NCBI GenBank assembly: GCA_050486505.1
Contig: JBJHDK010000052.1
Coordinates: 1 to 16,887 of the forward strand
From: Fibrobacteria bacterium
GTDB taxonomy: Bacteria; Fibrobacterota; Fibrobacteria; UBA11236
Reading direction: 5' to 3'
DNA length: 16,887 nt
Under the pieces are notes generated by a model. It saw only the letters and a program-made list of their open reading frames with translations. It was not told the origin of the DNA and did no database searches. The stretch's first letter is position 1; each line of letters opens with the position of its first letter. The position numbers were made by a program, and so were the translations under genes. Of this stretch, positions 8,356-15,752 are shown piece after piece.

Positions 8356-9494
8356 TGGAACCCAAGCATGTCTCTGATGGCGGCCGCGGCCTCCGGTTCA
8401 TGGCGTCGCTCGTGCCAGGCGGCAAGTGTTTCAAGGCCCTGCAACCCCTCCGCGCTGCCCAGGCGGTAGGCGCGTGCGAAAGCCTCACGTGCACCCAGGG
8501 GATCTCCCCCCTCGAAACGGAGTCCGCCGAGAGCCGCCCACAATTCCCCGCGTTCCGGTGCTGCATCGAGAGCGCGCGACAACACGACCCCCGCCTCCAG
8601 GGGGCGTCCCGCCGTTCGCAGGGCCCGTGCCATGCGCAGCCAAGGGCGCGTGTCTGACGGAGCCGCGGCCGCGGCGTCGCGATAAAGCCTCAATGCGGGC
8701 TCCAGATGTCCAGTCTGCAGCGCGAGATCCGCCTGCAGCAGCAAGGCCCACGCCACGGGCCGCGTTGAGGATTTTTCGTTGAAACGCTCCAGCGCGATGA
8801 TCGCTCCCGCGGTGTCGCGTTGCGCCAGCAGAACCTGCGCCTTTCCGGAGACCGCACCCTCATGCAACGGATCCACGCCCAGCGTACGCTCGTACCAAGT
8901 CAGGGCTTCGGCCGCGTCACCGGTTTGCTGCGCGATTTCGCCGAGACGGTAACGGGCGTTCGCGTCTTGCGGATCGATCCGGACCGCCGCGAGATAATGA
9001 CGGGCCGCGTCGGCATAGCGCCCTTCGAGCTGGTAGAGCGCCGCCAGATTCTGGTGGGCGCGCAAGAATTCCGGGGCCGCTCGCAGGGAGCGGCGGTAGG
9101 CTTCGGCCGCGTCGCGATTGTTGTCGAGGCGTACCATGGCGTTGGCGGCATTGAACCAGGCAACGGGCTCCTGAACGCCGGCAAGGGCGCTTTCGCGGTA
9201 GTACACCGCGGCCAGGGCGTACTCCTCCCGCTCATACGCGGAATCGCCGCGCGCGATCCAGTTGATCTCCGGCTCAAGGTCCGCCGGATCGATCTCGGGG
9301 ACGCTGTAGTCCCGCAGCAGCGCACAGGACGCGAAGAAGAGTGAGATCACCACGATCGCGAGACGGGAGACGGGAGACGGGTGACGGGAGCGATCTCCGC
9401 AGGGGCGACCCATGGGTCGCCCCTGCAGGGATCCCGTCCCCCGTCTCCCGTCTCCTGCCCCAAACAACGAACTGCCCACGAAGAATCCCCCCAT
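8352..9494 (-). CDS. Tetratricopeptide-repeat (TPR) lipoprotein, TtpD-like position; start uncertain (9494 or 9413)
   Basis: Multiple TPR units (AWFNAANAMVRL, AHQNLAALYQLEGRYADAARHY, ARYRLGEIAQQTGD, LWAALGGLRFEGGD). Hydrophobic stretch ending LFFAS-C. ATGA overlap with the receptor start and TAATG overlap with the tonB stop. Confidence 0.9.
   Translation of the reverse strand: MGGFFVGSSLFGAGDGRRGTGSLQGRPMGRPCGDRSRHPSPVSRLAIVVISLFFASCALLRDYSVPEIDPADLEPEINWIARGDSAYEREEYALAAVYYRESALAGVQEPVAWFNAANAMVRLDNNRDAAEAYRRSLRAAPEFLRAHQNLAALYQLEGRYADAARHYLAAVRIDPQDANARYRLGEIAQQTGDAAEALTWYERTLGVDPLHEGAVSGKAQVLLAQRDTAGAIIALERFNEKSSTRPVAWALLLQADLALQTGHLEPALRLYRDAAAAAPSDTRPWLRMARALRTAGRPLEAGVVLSRALDAAPERGELWAALGGLRFEGGDPLGAREAFARAYRLGSAEGLQGLETLAAWHERRHEPEAAAAIRDMLGFQ
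9360..9460. repeat. Composite palindromic element: 28-bp perfect REP-like palindrome flanked by inverted heptamer arrays
   Basis: GCAGGGGCGACCCA|TGGGTCGCCCCTGC at 9399-9426. Left arm (GAGACGG)x3 plus GTGACGG at 9360-9387. Right arm of CCGTCTC-type repeats at about 9433-9460. Confidence 0.9.
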
Positions 9495-10225
9495 TACTCC
9501 AACCTGAACTCAAAAGGCTGTCGGATTTTCACGGGCACCGGAACCCCGCCCGCCGTCGCCGGTTTGTAGCGGCGACGCTGCAGGCTTTTGCGGATCGCTT
9601 CCTCGAAGCCGTAGCCCTGCGGCCCCCCGCTGATTTCGATCGACTCGACCCGCCCGTTCGCGTTGACCACGAAGGTGGCCACGAAGCTTCCCGAAATTCC
9701 CTGGGCCATGGCACGTCGGGGCATCTCGGGGGGAAACTCCTGGGCGGCCTCGGGCGCCTTGTCCACCTGCCCCGGCTCGAACGCCGCACGTTGTCCTCCG
9801 GCCGCGGCCCGTACGCCGGCTCCCGCGATGGCGAGGCCGTCGCTTCCCGTTCCGAGCGCGAGGTCGAGCGACAGCGACGCGGCGGGTCCCGCAGGACCGT
9901 CCGTTTCCCCGAGGAGGTCGGGGAGATCGGCTTCGGGCTCGGCTTCCGTTGCGGGCTCAGGTTCGGGTTCCGGCTCCGGAGGGGGAGGCTCGATGTCGAT
10001 GACGACTTCCTGGAGCTCTTCATCCTGCCCGTCTTCCCCCGCGGTCCCGCCGAGGCGCTGGTGCAGATGCCAGGCTCCCGCCACCAAAAGCACGATGGGG
10101 ATCACCGTCAGCAGGCGCTGCTTCCAGGTGAACCTGCGATCGCGCGGCGGAAGAATGACCTTGACGGACGTCGGGAGCGCCGGTGTTTCTCCCGGCGGGC
10201 GGCGAACGGCTTTCCTGCGGTGCAT
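9494..10225 (-). CDS. tonB: Energy transducer TonB
   Basis: 243 aa with one N-terminal TM helix, a Pro/Glu-rich spacer (EPPPPEPEPEPEP) and a TonB C-terminal domain (GISGSFVATFVVNANGRVESIEI...FEEAIRKSL...YKPA...GVPVPVKIRQPFEFRLE). Adjacent to exbD. Confidence 0.93.
   Translation of the reverse strand: MHRRKAVRRPPGETPALPTSVKVILPPRDRRFTWKQRLLTVIPIVLLVAGAWHLHQRLGGTAGEDGQDEELQEVVIDIEPPPPEPEPEPEPATEAEPEADLPDLLGETDGPAGPAASLSLDLALGTGSDGLAIAGAGVRAAAGGQRAAFEPGQVDKAPEAAQEFPPEMPRRAMAQGISGSFVATFVVNANGRVESIEISGGPQGYGFEEAIRKSLQRRRYKPATAGGVPVPVKIRQPFEFRLE
10173..10197 (+). repeat. Small REP-like hairpin inside the tonB 5' end
   Basis: GGGAG-CGCCGG-tgtttctc-CCGGCG, a GGAG tetranucleotide 5' of a GC hairpin. 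Translates as PPGETPALP in TonB. Confidence 0.4.
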
Positions 10226-10230
10226 GCAGC

Positions 10231-10647
10231 TCAGGTCCCCGCGGCGCGGACCTTGAGCGCGTAACGCCCCACGCCCGCCGCGCGGATCAGGTCGAGGACC
10301 TCCACGACGCGCGAATAGTTCAGCGCCTCATCCGCGGAAAGCAGCACCTGCACGGTGCTGTCGCGACGGATGCTTTCGCGCAGCATGCGCTGGGCCGCCG
10401 CGGCGTCCACGGCGCGACCGTCGAGGCGGAGAACCCCGGAGCGTTCCACGGACAGGTTGATGGCCGTCGAGGCCCCCGCCACCCCGGTGGAGGCCTTGGG
10501 CACCTGCACCGGAACATTCTTCGCCGTCTGCACGGCCGCGGTCACCATGAAGATGATGAGCAGCACCAGCATGATATCGACCAGCGGAATCACGTTGATG
10601 GCAACGATCCCCTTGCCCTTTCCGGGAGTGCCGATGCTACCCGCCAT
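10231..10647 (-). CDS. exbD: Biopolymer transport protein ExbD/TolR
   Basis: INVIPLVDIMLVLLIIFMVT with the conserved Asp, and VLLSADEALNYSRVVEVLD. Start favoured at ATG 10647 because GGAGG is 9 nt upstream of it, whereas it abuts ATG 10656. Confidence 0.95.
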   Translation of the reverse strand: MAGSIGTPGKGKGIVAINVIPLVDIMLVLLIIFMVTAAVQTAKNVPVQVPKASTGVAGASTAINLSVERSGVLRLDGRAVDAAAAQRMLRESIRRDSTVQVLLSADEALNYSRVVEVLDLIRAAGVGRYALKVRAAGT

Positions 10648-12160
10648 CGAAGGCATCCTCCCCGGCGGCGACCGTCGCGCGCGCGGCCGTCTCGAATCCG
10701 GCGGCCAGCATGAGGTGGCGCATCTCGCGCGCCTCCCCCATCACGTCGCTCACGCTCGTGCTGATGTTGTTGTAGAACACGACCGCCGGAATCGCGACCG
10801 CAAGTCCCAGCGCGGTGGCGATCAGCGCCTCGGCGATGGCGGCCATGACGCGCAGGGAAGCGTCCGCATCAGTGGATCCCAGATGCGCGAACGCATCGAG
10901 GATGCCGAGGACCGTTCCCAGCAGCCCGATGAACGCAGCGTTCGAGGCCACGGTCCCGAGGAAGTTCAGGCCCTTGCCCAGGCGCCGTTCTTCGACCGAC
11001 TCCTGGGAGGCCATCAATTGCTCGAGGGCCTCCGGCGCGAGATCACGGTTGTCGAACCCCAGCCGCACGATGCGGCCGGCGACGGTGTTCACGTCGGCCT
11101 TGTTGATGACCGTCTCGGCGCTTTGGCGGCGCGTCAGCGCGTTGAACAGCTTCTGCCGCATCGTATCGGCATCCACGGCTTCGCGGCGGATGAGCGCGCG
11201 GCGGCGCAGGTAGAGGACGAGGCATCCAATGCCGAGGCAGACGAGCAGGACGATGATCATCTGCGCCAACAGGATGGGGATCCGCGCCAGCGGGCCTTCC
11301 TGCATGTCGAACAGGCGGCCGAAGAAGCCACGCTGGTCCATGATGAAATATCCCGGGCCGGCCGCCTGCCCCTGCATGGGATCGACGGGGAGTTCAAGCG
11401 CCCGCGTGCCGATTCCCGTGAGAATGGCCCGGTGCACTTCGGGAATCACGTTCTCGTGCCAGGACCAAGGCATGTCGCCGGTCCCGGAACGCGCGAGGAT
11501 TCCCGTCGTGTTCTCTCGCGTGACGTACCAAGCGCCGAGCGTGCCGATGCGCACGCGGGTTCCCGTCGCGGAACCTCCGGCGGCCCTGGCGAATTCTCCC
11601 TGCTCCAGCTCGATCTGCCGCGAAAAATTCCACTCGGCGAAATGCGCGCGCATCAAGGGTTCCAGTCCTTCGTGCGGCGTCGCATAGGATTCGATGCCGC
11701 GCATCGTTCGGGTGACGGCCGCGGCGCGCTCCTCCGTGCTCCAGGGAATTCCGAAGCGAATGCGGTCGCGCAGCATCTCCGCGCGATCGAGCATTTCCTG
11801 GCGCAATTGTTCGCGCTGCCGGGTCACGGCATCGGGGCCCGGCCTCACCTGTGCGGCGCGTTCGCGGGCGTCGCGAATCTCCTCGAGAAGGCGCGCGCGC
11901 TCGGCGGAAGCCCGTTCGAGACTGTCGCGCGCTCGGTCCTGCTCCGCCAGGCGGCGGTCGCGGGCATCAAGCCCGGACTGGCGCAGCGACCAGCGCAACC
12001 CGGAAAGACTGTCGCGCTCGGACTGGAGCCGTTGAAGCTCGGCGGAAGCCGAACGCAGGGCCGCATCGGCCGAAGCATCGGCGCGGCGCTGGGCATGGGC
12101 GTCCCCGGTCGCAACGATGGCCGCGAGGACGAAGGATGTGACAATCGGCAACGTTTTCAT
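10637..12160 (-). CDS. exbB: MotA/TolQ/ExbB proton-channel protein with large N-terminal periplasmic domain (TtpC-like)
   Basis: 507 aa: signal peptide, coiled coil, DUF3450-like region (RVRIGTLGAWY...LPVDPMQG), then an ExbB core FLGTVASNAAFIGLLGTVLGI...IAEALIATALGLAVAIPAVVFYN with both conserved Thr. Confidence 0.9.
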   Translation of the reverse strand: MKTLPIVTSFVLAAIVATGDAHAQRRADASADAALRSASAELQRLQSERDSLSGLRWSLRQSGLDARDRRLAEQDRARDSLERASAERARLLEEIRDARERAAQVRPGPDAVTRQREQLRQEMLDRAEMLRDRIRFGIPWSTEERAAAVTRTMRGIESYATPHEGLEPLMRAHFAEWNFSRQIELEQGEFARAAGGSATGTRVRIGTLGAWYVTRENTTGILARSGTGDMPWSWHENVIPEVHRAILTGIGTRALELPVDPMQGQAAGPGYFIMDQRGFFGRLFDMQEGPLARIPILLAQMIIVLLVCLGIGCLVLYLRRRALIRREAVDADTMRQKLFNALTRRQSAETVINKADVNTVAGRIVRLGFDNRDLAPEALEQLMASQESVEERRLGKGLNFLGTVASNAAFIGLLGTVLGILDAFAHLGSTDADASLRVMAAIAEALIATALGLAVAIPAVVFYNNISTSVSDVMGEAREMRHLMLAAGFETAARATVAAGEDAFDGG

Positions 12161-12945
12161 TCTTCATCCCCCGAAACCAGCCCGAACGGAAGCGGGACGA
12201 AACCCGGCTCCTGGCCGCCTTGCAGCATGTTTGCGATCCGGAGGAGATTCTGGCGACGCTCCGCGGGAACGGATTCGCGCCAGACCCAACCATCCACGGT
12301 TCTGCGCCGATAGGCCGCGAAGTCTCCGTCCACGGAGACGAACCCTTCGTAGAAGCCCCCCGACGTCAGGAAATGCCCCTCCACGGGACGCCCTGAAAGC
12401 GTCGTGTAAGTCCCCGGACGCACCTCGGTGCGGCGGCCCTGCTCGATGATCTCGGTGACCTGGTCCAGCAGCCGCCCCAACCCCTGGTCCGCGGGGATCA
12501 CCCCGGTGCGCAGCCCCCGGGCCAGATCCTTCAGGGCGCGTTCCTTGACTTCCGCATACCCCGGTAGCTCCTCGCGCATGACTTTGGAAAGAACTGAGTC
12601 GGCCCATTCCGCGGCAGCTTCGGCGAATGCCTGCATTTCACGGTGTGCGCGCTGCATTTCTTCACCGCGCGACTGCGCCGGTGCGCCCATGCCTCTCAGA
12701 ACGGCGGCAAGGCTATCCGCCTCGGTCCGGGCTCTGCGCGCCTGGCGACGGGTATCCTCCAACTGGGCGGAAGATGCCTCCTCCCATGCGCCTTGGCGCG
12801 AGCGCTCGGCCTCGTACATGCGGCGCTCCGCGTCGAGATCGCGGCGCACCTGTTCGATTTGATCCTGGATTCGGGACAGTTCGGGGTCTGCGTACGCGGT
12901 CAGTCCCAGCCCCGCGAAGCAGCATGCCAGCCATGTTTTTTTCAT
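12157..12945 (-). CDS. Periplasmic coiled-coil protein, DUF3450 / TtpB-like
   Basis: Start reassigned to ATG 12945 (signal MKKTWLACCFAGLGLTAYA), giving 262 aa. Long coiled coil then a beta-rich region ending FVPLPF. ATGA overlap with the next gene. The family call rests on architecture and position. Confidence 0.72.
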   Translation of the reverse strand: MKKTWLACCFAGLGLTAYADPELSRIQDQIEQVRRDLDAERRMYEAERSRQGAWEEASSAQLEDTRRQARRARTEADSLAAVLRGMGAPAQSRGEEMQRAHREMQAFAEAAAEWADSVLSKVMREELPGYAEVKERALKDLARGLRTGVIPADQGLGRLLDQVTEIIEQGRRTEVRPGTYTTLSGRPVEGHFLTSGGFYEGFVSVDGDFAAYRRRTVDGWVWRESVPAERRQNLLRIANMLQGGQEPGFVPLPFGLVSGDEE

Positions 12946-12948
12946 GGC

Positions 12949-13007
12949 GCAATAGGGAGCAATCGGGCATTTCGGAATTGTTTCAGGCCGGTTGCACACC
13001 CGTTAAG
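12949..13007 (-). promoter_or_regulatory. 11-bp-periodic repeat array upstream of the TonB operon (candidate Pho box)
   Basis: On +: CATTTCG (12968), TGTTTCA (12979), GGTTGCA (12990), CGTTAAG (13001). On the coding strand this is followed by CTCCCTATTGC. Confidence 0.5.
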
Positions 13008-13065
13008 CCGACCTGAAAAAACGGACAGGAGAGGTCAGGCCGGGCCGGCCCGGCTCCGCACGGGA

Positions 13066-14199
13066 TCAGGAGGCCGTCGGCGGCGTCTCCCCGTTCCCGT
13101 CGGCCGGCACGATGTGCAGCGTGCGCGTGGGGAACGCAAACCCGACGTCGCGGGACTCCAGCGCTTCCTTGAGCCGCAGGTTCAGTTCCTGCAGGATGTC
13201 GAGCGAAGTCGCCATCTCCGGAACCTCGACGAAGAAGATGGTCTCGAACTTCAGGCCCGAGTCACCGAATTCCTTGAAGTGGCACCGATCAAAGGTCGTG
13301 TTCTCGATGCTTTGGACGATGTCCTTGACCAGCCCCGGGATCTCGCGCAGACGCTCATTGGGCGTTCCGTATTCCACTTCGAAGGCACTGGTGATGCGAC
13401 GGCGCTTGAGCAAGCGGAAGTTCTGCACCTGGTTGTCGGTAAGGAACTTGTTCGAGACCACGACCACCTCGCCGCTCAGGCTGCGGATGCGGGTGGTCTT
13501 GATGCCGATGCTTTCGACCTCGCCCATCATGTCGCCGACCTTGATGAAGTGCCCCACCTGGAAGGGACGGTCGAAGAAAATCACGAAGTAGGAGAACAGA
13601 TCCCCGAGAATCGTCTGGGCAGCGAGGGCCACCGCGATGCCGGTGATGCCGAGGCCGGTGATGAAAGCCGTCACCCGGATGCCGAGATTGTCGAGAACCA
13701 GGACACCCGCAAGGATCCACACCACGATCTTGATGACGATGAGAACCCCGCGTACGCTCTTCTTCTCATGCTCCACGCCCACGCCGGTGAGGCCCGCCGC
13801 CTCGGCGCGGCGCGCCATGTGGCGCTCGAGGAATTCCTGCACCACGCGCGTGAGCAGGCGTACGGCCTGCACGGTCACGAGCACGGTCACCATCGCCTGG
13901 ATGGTATTGGCGATGGCAGGCTTCATGTTCAGGTCGCGCAGTCCCATGAAGATCACCAGCGCGTACAGCGCCGGCAGGGAGAAATGCTCGACCTTGCGAA
14001 TCAGGAAGTCGTCGAACTGGGACGCCGTCCGCCGCGCCACGCGCTCGATGCCGCGGATGATGATCTGGTCGATGATCCAAACGGCCAGCAATCCGATGAG
14101 GATATACGCCAGGCTGGAGAGGTAAGCCTGCACGGTATTGTTGAAATACTCGTTCTGCAGCCACGGATACGACGCGAGGGTTGTTTTGACTGAATCCAT
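13066..14199 (-). CDS. mscS: Small-conductance mechanosensitive channel family protein
   Basis: 377 aa with several TM helices, GLGITGIAVALAAQTILGDLFSYFVIFFDRPFQVGHFI, GEVESIGIKTTRIRSLSGE, VQNF, and FAFPTRTLHI. Confidence 0.95.
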   Translation of the reverse strand: MDSVKTTLASYPWLQNEYFNNTVQAYLSSLAYILIGLLAVWIIDQIIIRGIERVARRTASQFDDFLIRKVEHFSLPALYALVIFMGLRDLNMKPAIANTIQAMVTVLVTVQAVRLLTRVVQEFLERHMARRAEAAGLTGVGVEHEKKSVRGVLIVIKIVVWILAGVLVLDNLGIRVTAFITGLGITGIAVALAAQTILGDLFSYFVIFFDRPFQVGHFIKVGDMMGEVESIGIKTTRIRSLSGEVVVVSNKFLTDNQVQNFRLLKRRRITSAFEVEYGTPNERLREIPGLVKDIVQSIENTTFDRCHFKEFGDSGLKFETIFFVEVPEMATSLDILQELNLRLKEALESRDVGFAFPTRTLHIVPADGNGETPPTAS

Positions 14200-14201
14200 G
14201 G

Positions 14202-14212
14202 TTCAAAGATAA
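14202..14212 (-). promoter_or_regulatory. -10 element TATCTT(TG) directly before the mscS start (probable leaderless transcript)
   Basis: TATCTT at 14211-14206, 6 nt before ATG 14199. No SD sequence. Confidence 0.5.
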
Positions 14213-14262
14213 TGGGGGGACAGGATCGGGTCATCCCGGGGGAAGGGGGACAGGGGCAGTGG

Positions 14263-14302
14263 GCAATACAGCAGTACAGCAGTACAGCAGTACAACAATA
14301 GG
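14263..14302 (+). repeat. Octamer tandem array (GCAGTACA)n, left arm
   Basis: GCAATACA GCAGTACA GCAGTACA GCAGTACA ACAATAGG. Confidence 0.9.
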
Positions 14303-14422
14303 GCGGGGCTGCGACGGAGCAGGCGTGGAGGCGATTTCGCGCTTCATGGCTCCCTGAACGGTTCGCGATTCCAGGTAGCCCCAAACACAGCCTCCCTCCA
14401 GCCGGACTCCCCCCTGCCGCCG

Positions 14423-14502
14423 TGCTATTGTGCTCCTGTGTTTCCGTGTTTCTGTGTTCTATTGCTGTACTGCTGTACTGTTCTATTGCTCTATTGCTGT
14501 AC
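14423..14502 (+). repeat. Octamer tandem array (TGCTGTAC-like)x10, right arm, inverted relative to 14263-14302
   Basis: TGCTATTG TGCTCCTG TGTTTCCG TGTTTCTG TGTTCTAT TGCTGTAC TGCTGTAC TGTTCTAT TGCTCTAT TGCTGTAC. Confidence 0.9.
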
Positions 14503-14529
14503 TGTCCACTGTCCTACCTTTCCCCCCCT

Positions 14530-15615
14530 ATGGAACTTCGGGATCAGGCCAAAAAAGCGCTGGAACGCCACGGTGAAATCGAGCACCTGCTGCAAAGCCC
14601 CGCGATCGCGGCGGACATGGCGAAGTCGCGCGAGTTGTCGCGCGAGCACAAGGGCATGCAGGAAGCCGTGGAGTGTTCGCGCCGGTATCTCGACGTTCTC
14701 GAAGAACTTTCCGGCTGGCGCAAGGCCGCCGCGGACGCCTCCGATCCCGAGCTGCAGGCCATGGCCCGCGACGAGATCGAACGCATCGAGGAGGCGCTTC
14801 CCGCCGAGGAAGCCGCCTTGCGCCTTCTGCTCGTGCCCAAGGACCCTGCGGATGCGCGCGGTGCCGTGCTGGAAATCCGCGCAGGCACGGGCGGCGACGA
14901 GGCCAGCCTGTTCGCCGGAGACTTGTTCCGCATGTACCAGGCTTACGCCGCGGAGCGCGGCTGGCGGGTCGAACCGGTGAGCGCCAGCGAGGGCACGGTC
15001 GGCGGCTTCAAGGAAATCATCGCCGAAGTCACCGGCGACGGCGCGTACGGCGTCCTGAAATACGAGAGCGGCGTGCACCGCGTGCAGCGCGTCCCCGACA
15101 CCGAGACGCAGGGGCGCGTGCACACCTCGGCCGCCACCGTGGTGGTGATGCCGATCGCGGATGAAATGGATGACCTGAAGATCCGCGACGAGGAGCTGCG
15201 CATCGACACCTTCCGCGCGGGCGGTGCGGGCGGGCAGCACATCAACAAGACCGACTCCGCCGTGCGCATCACCCACCTCCCCAGCGGCATCGTCGTGGCG
15301 TGCCAGGACGAGCGCTCGCAGCTCAAGAACCGCAACAAGGCCATGAACCTGCTTCGCTCCAAGCTCCTCGACGCGCGCCTCGCGGAAGCCGAAGCGAAGG
15401 AAGCCGCGGCGCGCAAGGCTCAGGTCGGCACGGGCGACCGCTCGGCGAAAATCCGCACCTACAACTTCCCCCAAGGCCGCGTCACCGACCACCGCATCGG
15501 GCTGACGCTTTACCGTCTTGACGCCGTGATGCGAGGCGATCTGAAGGAACTGGTCGAAGCACTCGCACTCGAAGCCGGCGCAGAGAAGCTCCGGGCGATG
15601 GAACGGGGAGGGTGA
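14530..15615 (+). CDS. prfA: Peptide chain release factor 1
   Basis: Start ATG 14530 (the upstream extension is translated repeat DNA), giving 361 aa. Motifs [27 protein letters not shown] (RF1 PxT), [39 protein letters not shown]. Followed by prmC. Confidence 0.98.
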   Translation: MELRDQAKKALERHGEIEHLLQSPAIAADMAKSRELSREHKGMQEAVECSRRYLDVLEELSGWRKAAADASDPELQAMARDEIERIEEALPAEEAALRLLLVPKDPADARGAVLEIRAGTGGDEASLFAGDLFRMYQAYAAERGWRVEPVSASEGTVGGFKEIIAEVTGDGAYGVLKYESGVHRVQRVPDTETQGRVHTSAATVVVMPIADEMDDLKIRDEELRIDTFRAGGAGGQHINKTDSAVRITHLPSGIVVACQDERSQLKNRNKAMNLLRSKLLDARLAEAEAKEAAARKAQVGTGDRSAKIRTYNFPQGRVTDHRIGLTLYRLDAVMRGDLKELVEALALEAGAEKLRAMERGG

Positions 15616-15618
15616 GTC

Positions 15619-15747
15619 AGTCGCGAGTGACGAGTGACGAGTTGCAAGTCAAGCGCATGGCCGCACATGTAACGTGACAACTTGCCAACACCACTCTACC
15701 GTGCCCGCAGAGACCATATCCTCACTCGTAACTCGTAACTCGCGACT
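15619..15747. repeat. 24-bp heptamer-built inverted repeat spanning the prfA-prmC intergenic region
   Basis: AGTCGCGAGTGACGAGTGACGAGT (15619-15642) against ACTCGTAACTCGTAACTCGCGACT (15724-15747): 22/24 complementary with an 81-nt interior. Confidence 0.9.
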
Positions 15748-15752
15748 CTCCC

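Noticed and set aside
10355..12313. 652-aa + strand ORF
   Set aside because: Antisense to exbD/exbB, low-information Arg/Gly/Ala-rich translation, no domain signal.
12945..12970. Sigma54 promoter suggested by TTGC motifs at about 12950 and 4714
   Set aside because: No GG at the -24 position in either case.
13039..13054. 16-bp palindrome GCCGGGCCGGCCCGGC after mscS as a terminator
   Set aside because: No loop and no adjacent U-tract. It may be a REP-like remnant or chance in GC-rich DNA.
12643..14193. 516-aa + strand ORF (similar cases at 3564-4706, 9341-10264 and 14491-15492)
   Set aside because: Each mirrors a well-supported gene on the opposite strand.
14401..14410. GCCGGACTCC matching the reverse complement of GGAGTCCGGC near 16823
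   Set aside because: A single 10-bp GC-rich match is expected by chance in a window of this size.
14263..14502. Possible CRISPR array
   Set aside because: Units are 8-bp tandem repeats with no unique spacers, and no cas genes are present.
14422..14529. Cys/Leu-rich N-terminal extension of RF1 in the ORF track
   Set aside because: It is the translated octamer repeat. RF1 of normal length starts at ATG 14530.
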